Part shown: positions 1-8,800 of the stretch, piece after piece
How the letters are laid out: every line of letters starts with the position of its first letter
Position numbering within the stretch: the first letter of the stretch is position 1
Notes under the pieces: model-generated
The model's database searches: none
Seen by the model: only the letters and a program-made list of their open reading frames with translations
Told to the model about the DNA's origin: nothing
Position numbers and translations under genes: made by a program
DNA from: Clostridia bacterium
GTDB taxonomy: Bacteria > Bacillota > Clostridia > TANB77 > CAG-465
Assembly: GCA_045651205.1 (NCBI GenBank)
Contig: JAZRSA010000050.1
Location: 29,723-93,722, forward strand
Reading direction: 5' to 3'
Length of the DNA: 64,000 nt

Positions 1-484
1 ACCAAGTTATATCTCCCTTTATATTACTTGATGTTACTGTAATATTTTTAGTAATAGGTCCATTTGTAACATCCCCAGTCAATGTGGTTGGTGCTATTGC
101 TAAAGTCGCATCAGATGTTCCTAATGAAATTACCAAATTAGATTCTCCATCTTGCATTATATTTACTACATATCCAGTTTTTGTAGTTACTGTTTTACTA
201 TAATCTGGATTTATTATTTCATTTAGTTCTATAATTCCTTTGTTTTTCAATTCCGCAATATAACTATCTACCGTTATCTCGCCAAAACTTCTACCTAACA
301 GTTGATTCTTTACTGTTATTAATCTAGTATATTCACTTTCATAATTTGTATCACTTACTACATTTTTTGAACGTCCTATTATTCCACTATCTTCTAATGC
401 AATTATTACTGCCGCTGCAAGTATTGCCATTACAAGTATAGTTATACTCAGAACTATCATTGAAATTCCTTGTTTCTTATTCAT
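1..484 (-). CDS. Type IV pilin-like protein, class A N-terminus (partial, runs off the left edge; missing from the ORF track)
   Basis: Manual translation from ATG at 484 after GAGG RBS: MNKKQG-ISMIVLSITILVMAILAAAVIIALEDSGIIGRSKN..., open to base 1. Paralogous to 46594..47913. Confidence 0.85.
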   Translation of the reverse strand, partial: MNKKQGISMIVLSITILVMAILAAAVIIALEDSGIIGRSKNVVSDTNYESEYTRLITVKNQLLGRSFGEITVDSYIAELKNKGIIELNEIINPDYSKTVTTKTGYVVNIMQDGESNLVISLGTSDATLAIAPTTLTGDVTNGPITKNITVTSSNIKGDITW

Positions 485-504
485 ATATCTACCTCTTAAA
501 ATAT

Positions 505-542
505 TATAAGATTAGTTTATATCAAACTAATCTTATAGTCAA
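505..542 (-). promoter_or_regulatory. 14-bp inverted repeat (probable end of the fmt operon) overlapping a sigma-A-like promoter of the pilin-like gene
   Basis: TATAAGATTAGTTT-atatc-AAACTAATCTTATA at 505-537; minus-strand TTGACT-17-TAAACT at 542-514. Confidence 0.5.
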
Positions 543-556
543 TTAATACTTAATAT

Positions 557-1279
557 TTATATCATTTCAATTAATGCATGTACCGTTTTATCGTCTTCGC
601 TTGTTATTACTATAATATGCTTATCATCTACATTTGCATATTTACATTTTACTATTTCGCCTAATTTTATTTCTTTTTTATATGTTATTCTAACATCGTT
701 AAATAGTCTTTTTTCATATACTTCATCTGGTAAAACTTCATACGCTAAATCTAAATAATAAAGATTATGCATATGCCCTATGAAATCTATATCTTTTCTT
801 CTTACAGTATACAATATTTCGTTTGTATATGTTTCAGGAATTTTTATTTTTTCTAATTCTTCTTCAAACACTCTATTTTCTGGTTCAGATTGATACTTAG
901 ATATCATTTCTTCATCTGGTTTTACTATGCTTCCTTTTTCTGTATTTATTAACAACCATTTAGATGTTCCAATTACACAAAGTTCGCCTTTAGAATTATA
1001 CATTTTGAAATCTCTACTTGCATAGTATTTTTCTATACTTGCAGACCAAGTATCTATTGTTAGTTCTTCACCATATTCTATTCTTTTTATAGATTTTATT
1101 TTCCATTCTAAAAGTATCCAAGATAAATGTGTTTCATTGCTATTATTTAATCCATAACCAAGGCTATCTGAATGATGTCCTGCTATGTTTTCAAAAAATT
1201 TAAGAATAGCTTTATTACCCAAAATATTGTCTTTTTCTATATCTTTTAATCCAATTTTAACCGTTTCCTTAAATATCAT
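557..1279 (-). CDS. Acyl-ACP thioesterase (FatA/FatB-type double hotdog)
   Basis: DIDFIGHMHNLYY resembles the DxDxNxHVNNxxY motif; S-K-W-L-L-I-N segment; 240 aa. Confidence 0.85.
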   Translation of the reverse strand: MIFKETVKIGLKDIEKDNILGNKAILKFFENIAGHHSDSLGYGLNNSNETHLSWILLEWKIKSIKRIEYGEELTIDTWSASIEKYYASRDFKMYNSKGELCVIGTSKWLLINTEKGSIVKPDEEMISKYQSEPENRVFEEELEKIKIPETYTNEILYTVRRKDIDFIGHMHNLYYLDLAYEVLPDEVYEKRLFNDVRITYKKEIKLGEIVKCKYANVDDKHIIVITSEDDKTVHALIEMI

Positions 1280-2244
1280 ATGAATAGTTCTCCTGTTTGT
1301 ATTTTACCACCACGGATGTAATCTCCGCAGTTCATAAGTTTAGAACCAGCTGGTTTTATTTCCTTTAAGTTAATAAATCCATCATTACACTTTACTGCTA
1401 GTATGTTCTTTTTATCGTTTAGATATACAACTTCTCCACATTTTGCAGCACTATAATCTTCTTCTAATTCCACTCTTTCAGCAAGATATATCTTGTATGT
1501 TTTTTCTTCATCTATTAAACACCAAGCCGATGGAAATGGATTTGTTCCTCTAATTAAATTTACAAGTGTGTCTACATCTTTTGTAAAATCTAATTTTGTA
1601 TTATCTTTTTCTAACATTGGAGCCATTGTACATTCATCTGGTTGAACAGTGCTTTCAAGCACTCCATCATTTGCTAGTAATCTTTCTAAATCTTTTACAA
1701 GTGTGTTTGCGCCTAAAACCATCAATTTATCATGGAGTGTGCCATATGTATCTAACGGCTCTATTTCTACTTCTGCTTTAGTTATCATATTACCTGTATC
1801 CATACCTTCATCCATAAACATAGTAGTTACACCTGTAACTTTATCTCCATTTATTACAGACCATTGTATAGGAGCTGCTCCTCTATAGTTTGGAAGTAAT
1901 GAGCCATGTACATTTATGCATCCAAATCTAGGGAAGTCTAATACATACTTAGGAAGTATTTTTCCATATGCGACAACTACTATTAAATCCGGATTTAATG
2001 TATTTAACATCTCTTTTACTTCTTCATTATTTCTTAATTTAACTGGTTGATATACAGGTATATTATGTGACTCAGCATATTCCTTTACAGGAGGAGCCAT
2101 AAGCTTCATACCTCTGCCCTTTGGTTTATCTGGTTGGCAGAATACTCCTACAACATTAAAAGCGTTATCTACTAACGCTTCTAAACTTCCTTTTGCATAA
2201 TCCGGAGTACCCATAAATACTATTCTTAAATCTTGTTTTAACAT
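1276..2244 (-). CDS. fmt: Methionyl-tRNA formyltransferase
   Basis: IVFMGTPDYA, INVHGSLLPNYRGAAPIQW; follows def. Confidence 0.97.
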   Translation of the reverse strand: MLKQDLRIVFMGTPDYAKGSLEALVDNAFNVVGVFCQPDKPKGRGMKLMAPPVKEYAESHNIPVYQPVKLRNNEEVKEMLNTLNPDLIVVVAYGKILPKYVLDFPRFGCINVHGSLLPNYRGAAPIQWSVINGDKVTGVTTMFMDEGMDTGNMITKAEVEIEPLDTYGTLHDKLMVLGANTLVKDLERLLANDGVLESTVQPDECTMAPMLEKDNTKLDFTKDVDTLVNLIRGTNPFPSAWCLIDEEKTYKIYLAERVELEEDYSAAKCGEVVYLNDKKNILAVKCNDGFINLKEIKPAGSKLMNCGDYIRGGKIQTGELFI

Positions 2245-2256
2245 TTATGTTATATC

Positions 2257-2808
2257 CTACTTTCTTTTACATTTTTTATTTTTCTTGTTTGCCTTTTCTT
2301 GTTCTTTTCTTTCTAATTCTTCGGCTTCACGTTTTGCTGCTTCTATTTCTTCATCGCTTAATTTATATACATCATAAGCTTTGTCTAAGAAAAGCACGCC
2401 ATCTAAGTGATCAATCTCGTGGCAAAGAATGACAGCCTCTAAATCTTCTGCTTTTATTGTTTGTTTCTTGCCATCTATATCAAAATACTCAACTGTAACA
2501 GTTTTAGGTCTATCTACATTTCCAAATACATTTGGTGAACTTAGACAGCCTTCTTCACCAGTTTGTGAACCAGATTTTTTAGTAATAACTGGGTTAATTA
2601 ACACTCTTGGTCCTGTTCCTGGATCTATTACAATTATTCTTTTAAGTATTCCTACTTGTGGCGCAGCAAGTCCAACACCATCATATTTATACATAGTATC
2701 TATCATATCTAGTGCTAACTCACGTATTTTATTGTCTATTTCTTCTATTTCTCTAGAGCGTTTTCTTAAAACTTCATCTGTATCATATCTAACATTTCTA
2801 ATTGCCAT
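2257..2808 (-). CDS. def: Peptide deformylase
   Basis: GVGLAAPQVG, EGCLS, HEIDHLDG motifs. Confidence 0.97.
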   Translation of the reverse strand: MAIRNVRYDTDEVLRKRSREIEEIDNKIRELALDMIDTMYKYDGVGLAAPQVGILKRIIVIDPGTGPRVLINPVITKKSGSQTGEEGCLSSPNVFGNVDRPKTVTVEYFDIDGKKQTIKAEDLEAVILCHEIDHLDGVLFLDKAYDVYKLSDEEIEAAKREAEELERKEQEKANKKNKKCKRK

Positions 2809-2833
2809 ATTTTATTCCTTCTATTCTTTTTAT

Positions 2834-5068
2834 TTATCCAAGTCTTACAGGGTTCTTTACAACTGATGCTGTAACACTTACATCTTTAATTTTATCATAA
2901 ATATCCATATTTTCAATGAGTTTGTCTAAAACTTTGTTATCTACTTTAGTTTTAATTATCATTTGTATTCTATATTTGTTATTTATTTTACTTACAAAAG
3001 GAGCTTTAGGAGAATATACTTTATACAAATTCTTCTCTTTGTTAAATATATTATATATTTTTTCACTATCCTTCATAAGCTTTGCTTTATCCTTAGATGT
3101 TAGTTCTACTACGACTATATCTACAAACGGTGGATATCCCGCCATCTGTCTAAATTTAATTTCTTGTTCGTAAAAATCTAAATATGAGTTTTCACTTACA
3201 GAACTTAAGATATAGTTTTCTGTATCGTAAGCTTGAAGAATAACTCTACCTTTTTTGTCTCCACGACCAGCACGTCCTGCTACTTGAAGCAGATTAGAAA
3301 AAGCTTTTTCTGAAACAGTATAATCATCTCCTGCCATATAGTCTGCATTAACTACACCTACAAGTGTAACATTTGCTATGTCATGGCCCTTGCTTATCAT
3401 CTGAGTACCAACAAGAACATCTACATTCTTATCCTTGAACTCATTTAATATTCTTTCGTGCGAACCTCTCTTTACAGTTGTGTCCATATCTAATCTTAAT
3501 GTAGTTATTCCTGGGAATGTTTCTAAAAGTTCTTTTTCGACTCTTTCAGTTCCCATTCCACCTTCTTCTAAAGTGTCTGCTGAACATATTGGACAAACAT
3601 CACTTAACTTTTCACAATACGAACAATAGTGACAAAGCAGCAGTCCATTCTTTCTATGGTATGTTAAATTAACATCACAATTAGGACATCTGAGTGTCTT
3701 TCCACATGTTTTACAAGTTATGTATGAAGAAAAGCCACGTCTATTTAAGAATACAAAAGCTTGCTCTTTCCTTTTTAAATTTTCTTCAATTTCCTCTTTA
3801 AGTCTTGTAGATAATATTCTAGATTTGTTTATAACTGCATCTTGTTTCATATCTACAATCTCTACTTCTGGCACTACACTTGTACCAGGTCTTGTTAGCA
3901 TAGAATAATAGTCTATCTTTTCTTCCATAGCTTTATACATCGTACATACATCTGGAGTTGCTGAACCTAATACAAGATTTGCATTATTTAGATATGCAAG
4001 TCTTGTTGCAACCTCGCGTGTATTATATTTTGGTGTAGTCTGTGATATATAGCTTGAATCGTGTTCTTCGTCTATTATTATTAATCCTAAATTCTTAAAT
4101 GGTACAAACAGTGCTGATCTTGGCCCTATTACTATTTTTGCTTTACCATTTACAATTCTTTTATATTCTGTTTGTCTTTCTAAAGCAGTCATTTTACTAT
4201 GAAGTACTGAAACTACTTCTCCAAAACGAGATATAAATCTACGTTTTGTTTGGTCTGTTAAAGATATTTCAGGTACAAGTACTATTGCATCTTTTCCTCT
4301 GTTTAAACACTCTTCAATTATTTGCAAATATACTTCTGTTTTGCCACTACCTGTAATACCATGTATTAAAGATACTTTGAAAGTTTCTAGATTTCTAATT
4401 ATTCCATCAATAGTTCTTTTTTGTTCTCTTGTTGGAATTAGTTTTTCTGTTCTTGCTATTTTAGAATAATCTTCAATTGTAGTATCTTGTTTTATAAGTT
4501 TTATATATCCTTTTTCTTGTACCGTTTTAATTATATTTCTAAAAATACCAAGTGTATTAATTATATCTTCTATTGGTATATTGTTGTTTTCTTCAAGTTC
4601 TCTTAATAGCTTAATATGTCTTGCGCTTGTTATCTTTTTACATTCTATATCTTGTTCTATTTCTTCTTTAGTTCTATCTAATGTTACAACTGTTATTTGC
4701 TTACCCACTAATTCTTTTTGTTCTAACTTTTTATTTGGCGTTGGTGGTAACATTAATTTAAATGCCGTATATACGTTACAAAAGTACATTTTAGACATCC
4801 ATTTAGCAAGGCTAAGTCTTTTCTCATCTAAATAGCTATTTTCATCTAAAATCTCTTCTATACATTTTAATTTATCTAGCTTGTCCGATTCTTCATCTTT
4901 TAATATTTTAACAATTATGCCTTCACGGCTACTTCCTTTTCCACTTCCAAAATTTACTCTTACTCTTTTTCCAATCTCTACATCTTGTTCGTGTTCAGAC
5001 TTAATTTTGTAATCATAAACCTTATTAAGTTTATGTACCGCATTATCTATTAAAATTTTAACTACCAC
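2834..5068 (-). CDS. priA: Primosomal protein N' (replication restart helicase)
   Basis: GITGSGKTEVY, DEEH, four CxxC pairs, QVAGRAGR; start moved to the GTG 7 nt after GGAGG. Confidence 0.96.
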   Translation of the reverse strand: MVVKILIDNAVHKLNKVYDYKIKSEHEQDVEIGKRVRVNFGSGKGSSREGIIVKILKDEESDKLDKLKCIEEILDENSYLDEKRLSLAKWMSKMYFCNVYTAFKLMLPPTPNKKLEQKELVGKQITVVTLDRTKEEIEQDIECKKITSARHIKLLRELEENNNIPIEDIINTLGIFRNIIKTVQEKGYIKLIKQDTTIEDYSKIARTEKLIPTREQKRTIDGIIRNLETFKVSLIHGITGSGKTEVYLQIIEECLNRGKDAIVLVPEISLTDQTKRRFISRFGEVVSVLHSKMTALERQTEYKRIVNGKAKIVIGPRSALFVPFKNLGLIIIDEEHDSSYISQTTPKYNTREVATRLAYLNNANLVLGSATPDVCTMYKAMEEKIDYYSMLTRPGTSVVPEVEIVDMKQDAVINKSRILSTRLKEEIEENLKRKEQAFVFLNRRGFSSYITCKTCGKTLRCPNCDVNLTYHRKNGLLLCHYCSYCEKLSDVCPICSADTLEEGGMGTERVEKELLETFPGITTLRLDMDTTVKRGSHERILNEFKDKNVDVLVGTQMISKGHDIANVTLVGVVNADYMAGDDYTVSEKAFSNLLQVAGRAGRGDKKGRVILQAYDTENYILSSVSENSYLDFYEQEIKFRQMAGYPPFVDIVVVELTSKDKAKLMKDSEKIYNIFNKEKNLYKVYSPKAPFVSKINNKYRIQMIIKTKVDNKVLDKLIENMDIYDKIKDVSVTASVVKNPVRLG

Positions 5069-5099
5069 CAAATCACCTCCCAACTATGACAAAAGAGGG

Positions 5100-5660
5100 T
5101 TATCTACCCTCCCACTTGCCATATTCTTCAATTATTCTATTTGCTGCTTCTTCTGGAGTTAAATCTGACGTATCTATTACATAATCATAATTATCTAGAT
5201 CATGTATGTCTACATCATATAACTCTAAATATCTTTGTTTTTCCGACTCTTCACGAGCAAGTATTGCATCGTGAGCATCTTCTATAGATTCATACTTTTC
5301 TTCTTTTCCTCTGCTTTTAGAAGCCTCGAAAAGTCTTTTACTTGCAACATCTAGCGTAGATGTCATGTATACTTTAAATGCGTTAGGCGCAATATAGAAA
5401 CCAAGTCTTGCATCAATTATAATTTTATTGCTAGTTTCAACTTTAGCTTTTGTATTAAGCTCTACTTGTTTATCTATATCTGGATTTTTGTCTACATAGC
5501 GACTAAATTCCACTAAACTCATATTTTTTTGTCTAGCAAGTTCTCTAAATGATGTACTTGCTTTATAAAGTTCAAATCCTAGTTTATTTGCAACTATTTT
5601 TGCAACCTCAGTTTTCCCAACAGCTATATTTCCTGTTATACATATCATCTGTTTTTTCAT
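5100..5660 (-). CDS. cmk: Cytidylate kinase, archaeal-type (COG1102-like)
   Basis: P-loop GNIAVGKT, FRELA..MSLVEF, DARLGF, C-terminal YDYVIDTSDL; 186 aa. Confidence 0.75.
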   Translation of the reverse strand: MKKQMICITGNIAVGKTEVAKIVANKLGFELYKASTSFRELARQKNMSLVEFSRYVDKNPDIDKQVELNTKAKVETSNKIIIDARLGFYIAPNAFKVYMTSTLDVASKRLFEASKSRGKEEKYESIEDAHDAILAREESEKQRYLELYDVDIHDLDNYDYVIDTSDLTPEEAANRIIEEYGKWEGR

Positions 5661-5674
5661 ATATTTTCCTCTTA

Positions 5675-5914
5675 TTATTCAACAACATCCTCTATTATTA
5701 CGTCTGCTATTTGTTCTTGTTCGTTCATCGCTACAGTTACTTTTCCTGCATCAATTTCTTTAGTAGCTACATCTACTGGATCAGATATATCTGGATCTCC
5801 TTCTTCTACTCTTTTATTAGAAATTTGTCTTGCTCTTTTAGCAACTGCAAGTGCCACTTCGTATCTAGTTCCTACTTTTGGCATTACATCGTTTACGCTT
5901 GGTTTTGCTAACAT
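5675..5914 (-). CDS. rpoZ: RNA polymerase omega subunit
   Basis: PSVNDV..RYEVALAVAKRARQI..PVDVATKEI; upstream of priA. Confidence 0.93.
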   Translation of the reverse strand: MLAKPSVNDVMPKVGTRYEVALAVAKRARQISNKRVEEGDPDISDPVDVATKEIDAGKVTVAMNEQEQIADVIIEDVVE

Positions 5915-6099
5915 TGTTATTCCTCCTAAATCAATACTACAAATATTTTAACATACCCTATATATTTTTGCAATAATTTCTAGTTAAATACAACATATAA
6001 AAATATTTGTTTAAAACAAACTAACTATTGTTTTTTTATTTTGTTTATTATACAATTTATGTGTAAGATTATATATTTTATATTATACGGAGGATAAAA

Positions 6100-7827
6100 A
6101 TGGGTTATTCAAATTTGGAACACTTTAAAGAAACACTTAATGCTTCAGATTATTTTGTTGGCATAACCGAATCGTTAATAGATAAATTATTAGAATATGA
6201 ATATATTTCATCATTTAAATTATCTCATTATTTACGCAAACTAACAGATAATATTGCAGAATTAAGAATAGATACAAATAATCCTTATGAATACAAAACA
6301 GGATACTATGACGCAAACAAAAAAGAAATGTACATAAAAAGCACTAGAAATGTTTCTGCTACATATCTTCGTTTGTTATATGCGCTAACAACAACAGAAG
6401 TAGATAATAATGTATATGAATCAGGATATGCAACAACAAAACTATCTACAGAAAATTATAAACTATGTCATTATAATTTTGGTATAAACCGTGCTATAAT
6501 GTCTAATTTAGTATATAAACTTTGTAACTTATTACCTTCTTCTATACAAATATCAGAAATGCAACAAACAAGCACTCATAACTTTTTAGGCTTTAAAATA
6601 GAATCACAAAACGATATGTATTTCTTAGAAGGCAAAATTTTAAGTGAATTGTGTTATGTTTTAGATTTAGATCCAGAACTATTATATCGCGGACTATTTA
6701 CTAGACATCCAATGAAAGTTTTAAATAGAGCTTTTAGAAAGAAAAAATTCAAACGTTCTGACGATTTTCTAATTGTATTAGATGGCATTAGTAGAAAATA
6801 TTCTACATATAACAAACTTGTATTCTTATCTCAAAAACTAAACGAAAACTATGTAGAATACAAGAAAAATGTCTTAACAAGCGACGTTAATGATATAAAC
6901 AATGAGAAAGCTTTAATAGAACAAGAAATCGCAGATGTTTTAGCTAAATTCAAAAGGGATACTACCCCTAAAGAAATTGTTGAATCTGACGATGAAGCAA
7001 TTATTGAAGAAGATTTAGATGAAGTTCTAGACTATACTTCTAGCCTAGCTGAAACAATTCAAAAATTATATGATGATTTAAGAGAACAAATTATATATAT
7101 ACAAGATATATTAGCAGAACAACTTATAGAAAGTTCTAAAAATTTATCTTATACATTATATGCTAGCAAGCTAAAATGTTTTAACAATATATTAATTGTT
7201 CCTAATAAAAGGCTTTCAGATAAAATCGAAGAAATTATAACATTTAAGCTTATGCCAGAATCTGAAGTTACTGGTAGCAACCTAATAGATAAAATCAAAT
7301 ATGCTCTAATCGAACAAATACTTGCAGAAAAAGATTATTCGGATATCTCTAATACCTTCTCTTTCTACAATATAGATTCATTAGAAAACGCGGAAAACGG
7401 TTCTTGTTTAATTATATTAAATTATTCTAAACCGCCATCTAAAATATTAGAAGTTTCTGGTTTAGACGAATCAGGTCATAATTATACAATTACACCTATT
7501 CCTTTAGACAATTTAAGTCATATTATGAATACTGGTTATTCCACATTCTTTGTTGGTAACATTGAAAAACTATATACAGATTTAAAGAATAATTTTAAAA
7601 AGTTTTCTAATGTTCCATTAGACCAAATATATGTTTTTGAATATAACTCTAAAAAATATTTATTGTTACAAACAAACGGAATACCACATATAGTTGCTTT
7701 CTCTACACAAGAAGTACGCAACTTTGGCATTCAACCGTTATCTGAAAAATATAAAGTATTTGGCAAATCTGTTGTTAAGACTAAAAGCAAATCAACAACA
7801 ACTCTACCTACTTTATATAAAAAATAA
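6100..7827 (+). CDS. Hypothetical protein; N-terminus resembles a degenerate zincin metalloprotease, followed by a coiled coil
   Basis: 575-aa ORF with GGAGG RBS; pattern GYY..MYI..YLRLLYALTT..SGY..GINRAIM. Confidence 0.7.
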   Translation: MGYSNLEHFKETLNASDYFVGITESLIDKLLEYEYISSFKLSHYLRKLTDNIAELRIDTNNPYEYKTGYYDANKKEMYIKSTRNVSATYLRLLYALTTTEVDNNVYESGYATTKLSTENYKLCHYNFGINRAIMSNLVYKLCNLLPSSIQISEMQQTSTHNFLGFKIESQNDMYFLEGKILSELCYVLDLDPELLYRGLFTRHPMKVLNRAFRKKKFKRSDDFLIVLDGISRKYSTYNKLVFLSQKLNENYVEYKKNVLTSDVNDINNEKALIEQEIADVLAKFKRDTTPKEIVESDDEAIIEEDLDEVLDYTSSLAETIQKLYDDLREQIIYIQDILAEQLIESSKNLSYTLYASKLKCFNNILIVPNKRLSDKIEEIITFKLMPESEVTGSNLIDKIKYALIEQILAEKDYSDISNTFSFYNIDSLENAENGSCLIILNYSKPPSKILEVSGLDESGHNYTITPIPLDNLSHIMNTGYSTFFVGNIEKLYTDLKNNFKKFSNVPLDQIYVFEYNSKKYLLLQTNGIPHIVAFSTQEVRNFGIQPLSEKYKVFGKSVVKTKSKSTTTLPTLYKK

Positions 7828-7834
7828 TAAAAGC

Positions 7835-7862
7835 AAAGAAGAGCGAAATATCGCTCTTCTTT
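7835..7862. terminator. Bidirectional intrinsic terminator
   Basis: AAAGAAGAGCGA-aata-TCGCTCTTCTTT between convergent genes. Confidence 0.85.
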
Positions 7863-7872
7863 ATTTGTGTAT

Positions 7873-8613
7873 TTAAATTGCTGCACACATTATCACTGTG
7901 TCTCGGCAGATTTTTTTGATGATACATTTTACATCATTGTAATAAACAGTATCACCATTTGCTACGACCGTTCCTTCGGGTCTTGGGATTTTTCTTTTGC
8001 CTCTGTTGTCATATACAGAAACATGTTTGTCAAATGCTAGCACACACTGCTTGCCCACCATTTTTGCAGGCAATTCAATGTCTTCTTTCTTATCTTCGAC
8101 TTCGTTGTTAATCGGAACTATTACAGGTCCATCATTAGTTTTAGATGCTAACCCTTTAATATGTTCGTCGATTTCAGCATATGCTGCAACTCTTGCTCTT
8201 GCTACAGGAAAAAGTTCTGTTTCAAGTTCCTTGAGTCTTGCTTTGAAATTCTGATCTCTATCGCAGGTAACAAGGCGTACAGTGTAACCTTTATCGTGGT
8301 ACTTTTCTACCGTATATACGACTTGTTCATCAACTGCCCAGCTACGAATTTCATTCGTTGCAACCTCTACGCGAAGTCTTGGATTTCGGACATTACCTTC
8401 AATGAACTTATAAATTTCTTTACAGTTTTCATTGTTTCTTCTGCCCACACTTATCTCGTGGCTCACTCCTTCCGGTATAATGAGGGTTACATCACCCTGC
8501 TGTAAGGTTTGCTTAAAAAGTTCAAAGTGGTTGCTAAGTGCAGACGTATCCCACACTTCATACTTACCTGCCCGTCTTCTGAACAGACTTAAAATAAATC
8601 TAATAGCTGCCAT
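7873..8613 (-). CDS. PIN-domain protein (putative ribonuclease) with C-terminal domain of unknown function
   Basis: VWDTSAL, IIPEGVSHEI, VDEQVV, LVTCDRDQ match PIN acidic motifs; AAGGAG RBS; TTGACA-17-TACAAT promoter upstream. Confidence 0.75.
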   Translation of the reverse strand: MAAIRFILSLFRRRAGKYEVWDTSALSNHFELFKQTLQQGDVTLIIPEGVSHEISVGRRNNENCKEIYKFIEGNVRNPRLRVEVATNEIRSWAVDEQVVYTVEKYHDKGYTVRLVTCDRDQNFKARLKELETELFPVARARVAAYAEIDEHIKGLASKTNDGPVIVPINNEVEDKKEDIELPAKMVGKQCVLAFDKHVSVYDNRGKRKIPRPEGTVVANGDTVYYNDVKCIIKKICRDTVIMCAAI

Positions 8614-8800
8614 GGTTCTTTTTTTACTCCTTTTTTTAAATTTAGTTAAATTTTAAATAAACGCACGACTACAAATATATTGTAACACTTTTATGATGTT
8701 ATGTCAAGTTTTGAGCAGCTTTTACATTGTTACTGCGTATTTTTTATTCTTTCCCGTTGACTTTTAATATCTTTTTTAATATAATTCTTTTGGTGATTTT

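Noticed and set aside
7800-7827. C-terminal LPTLY as a sortase signal
   Set aside because: No Gly, no following TM helix, and no signal peptide.
8703-8714. GTCAAGTTTTGA shared upstream of the PIN gene and the Rpn gene (42613)
   Set aside because: Largely a TTGAC -35 element plus AT-rich flank; two occurrences are not enough to call a motif.
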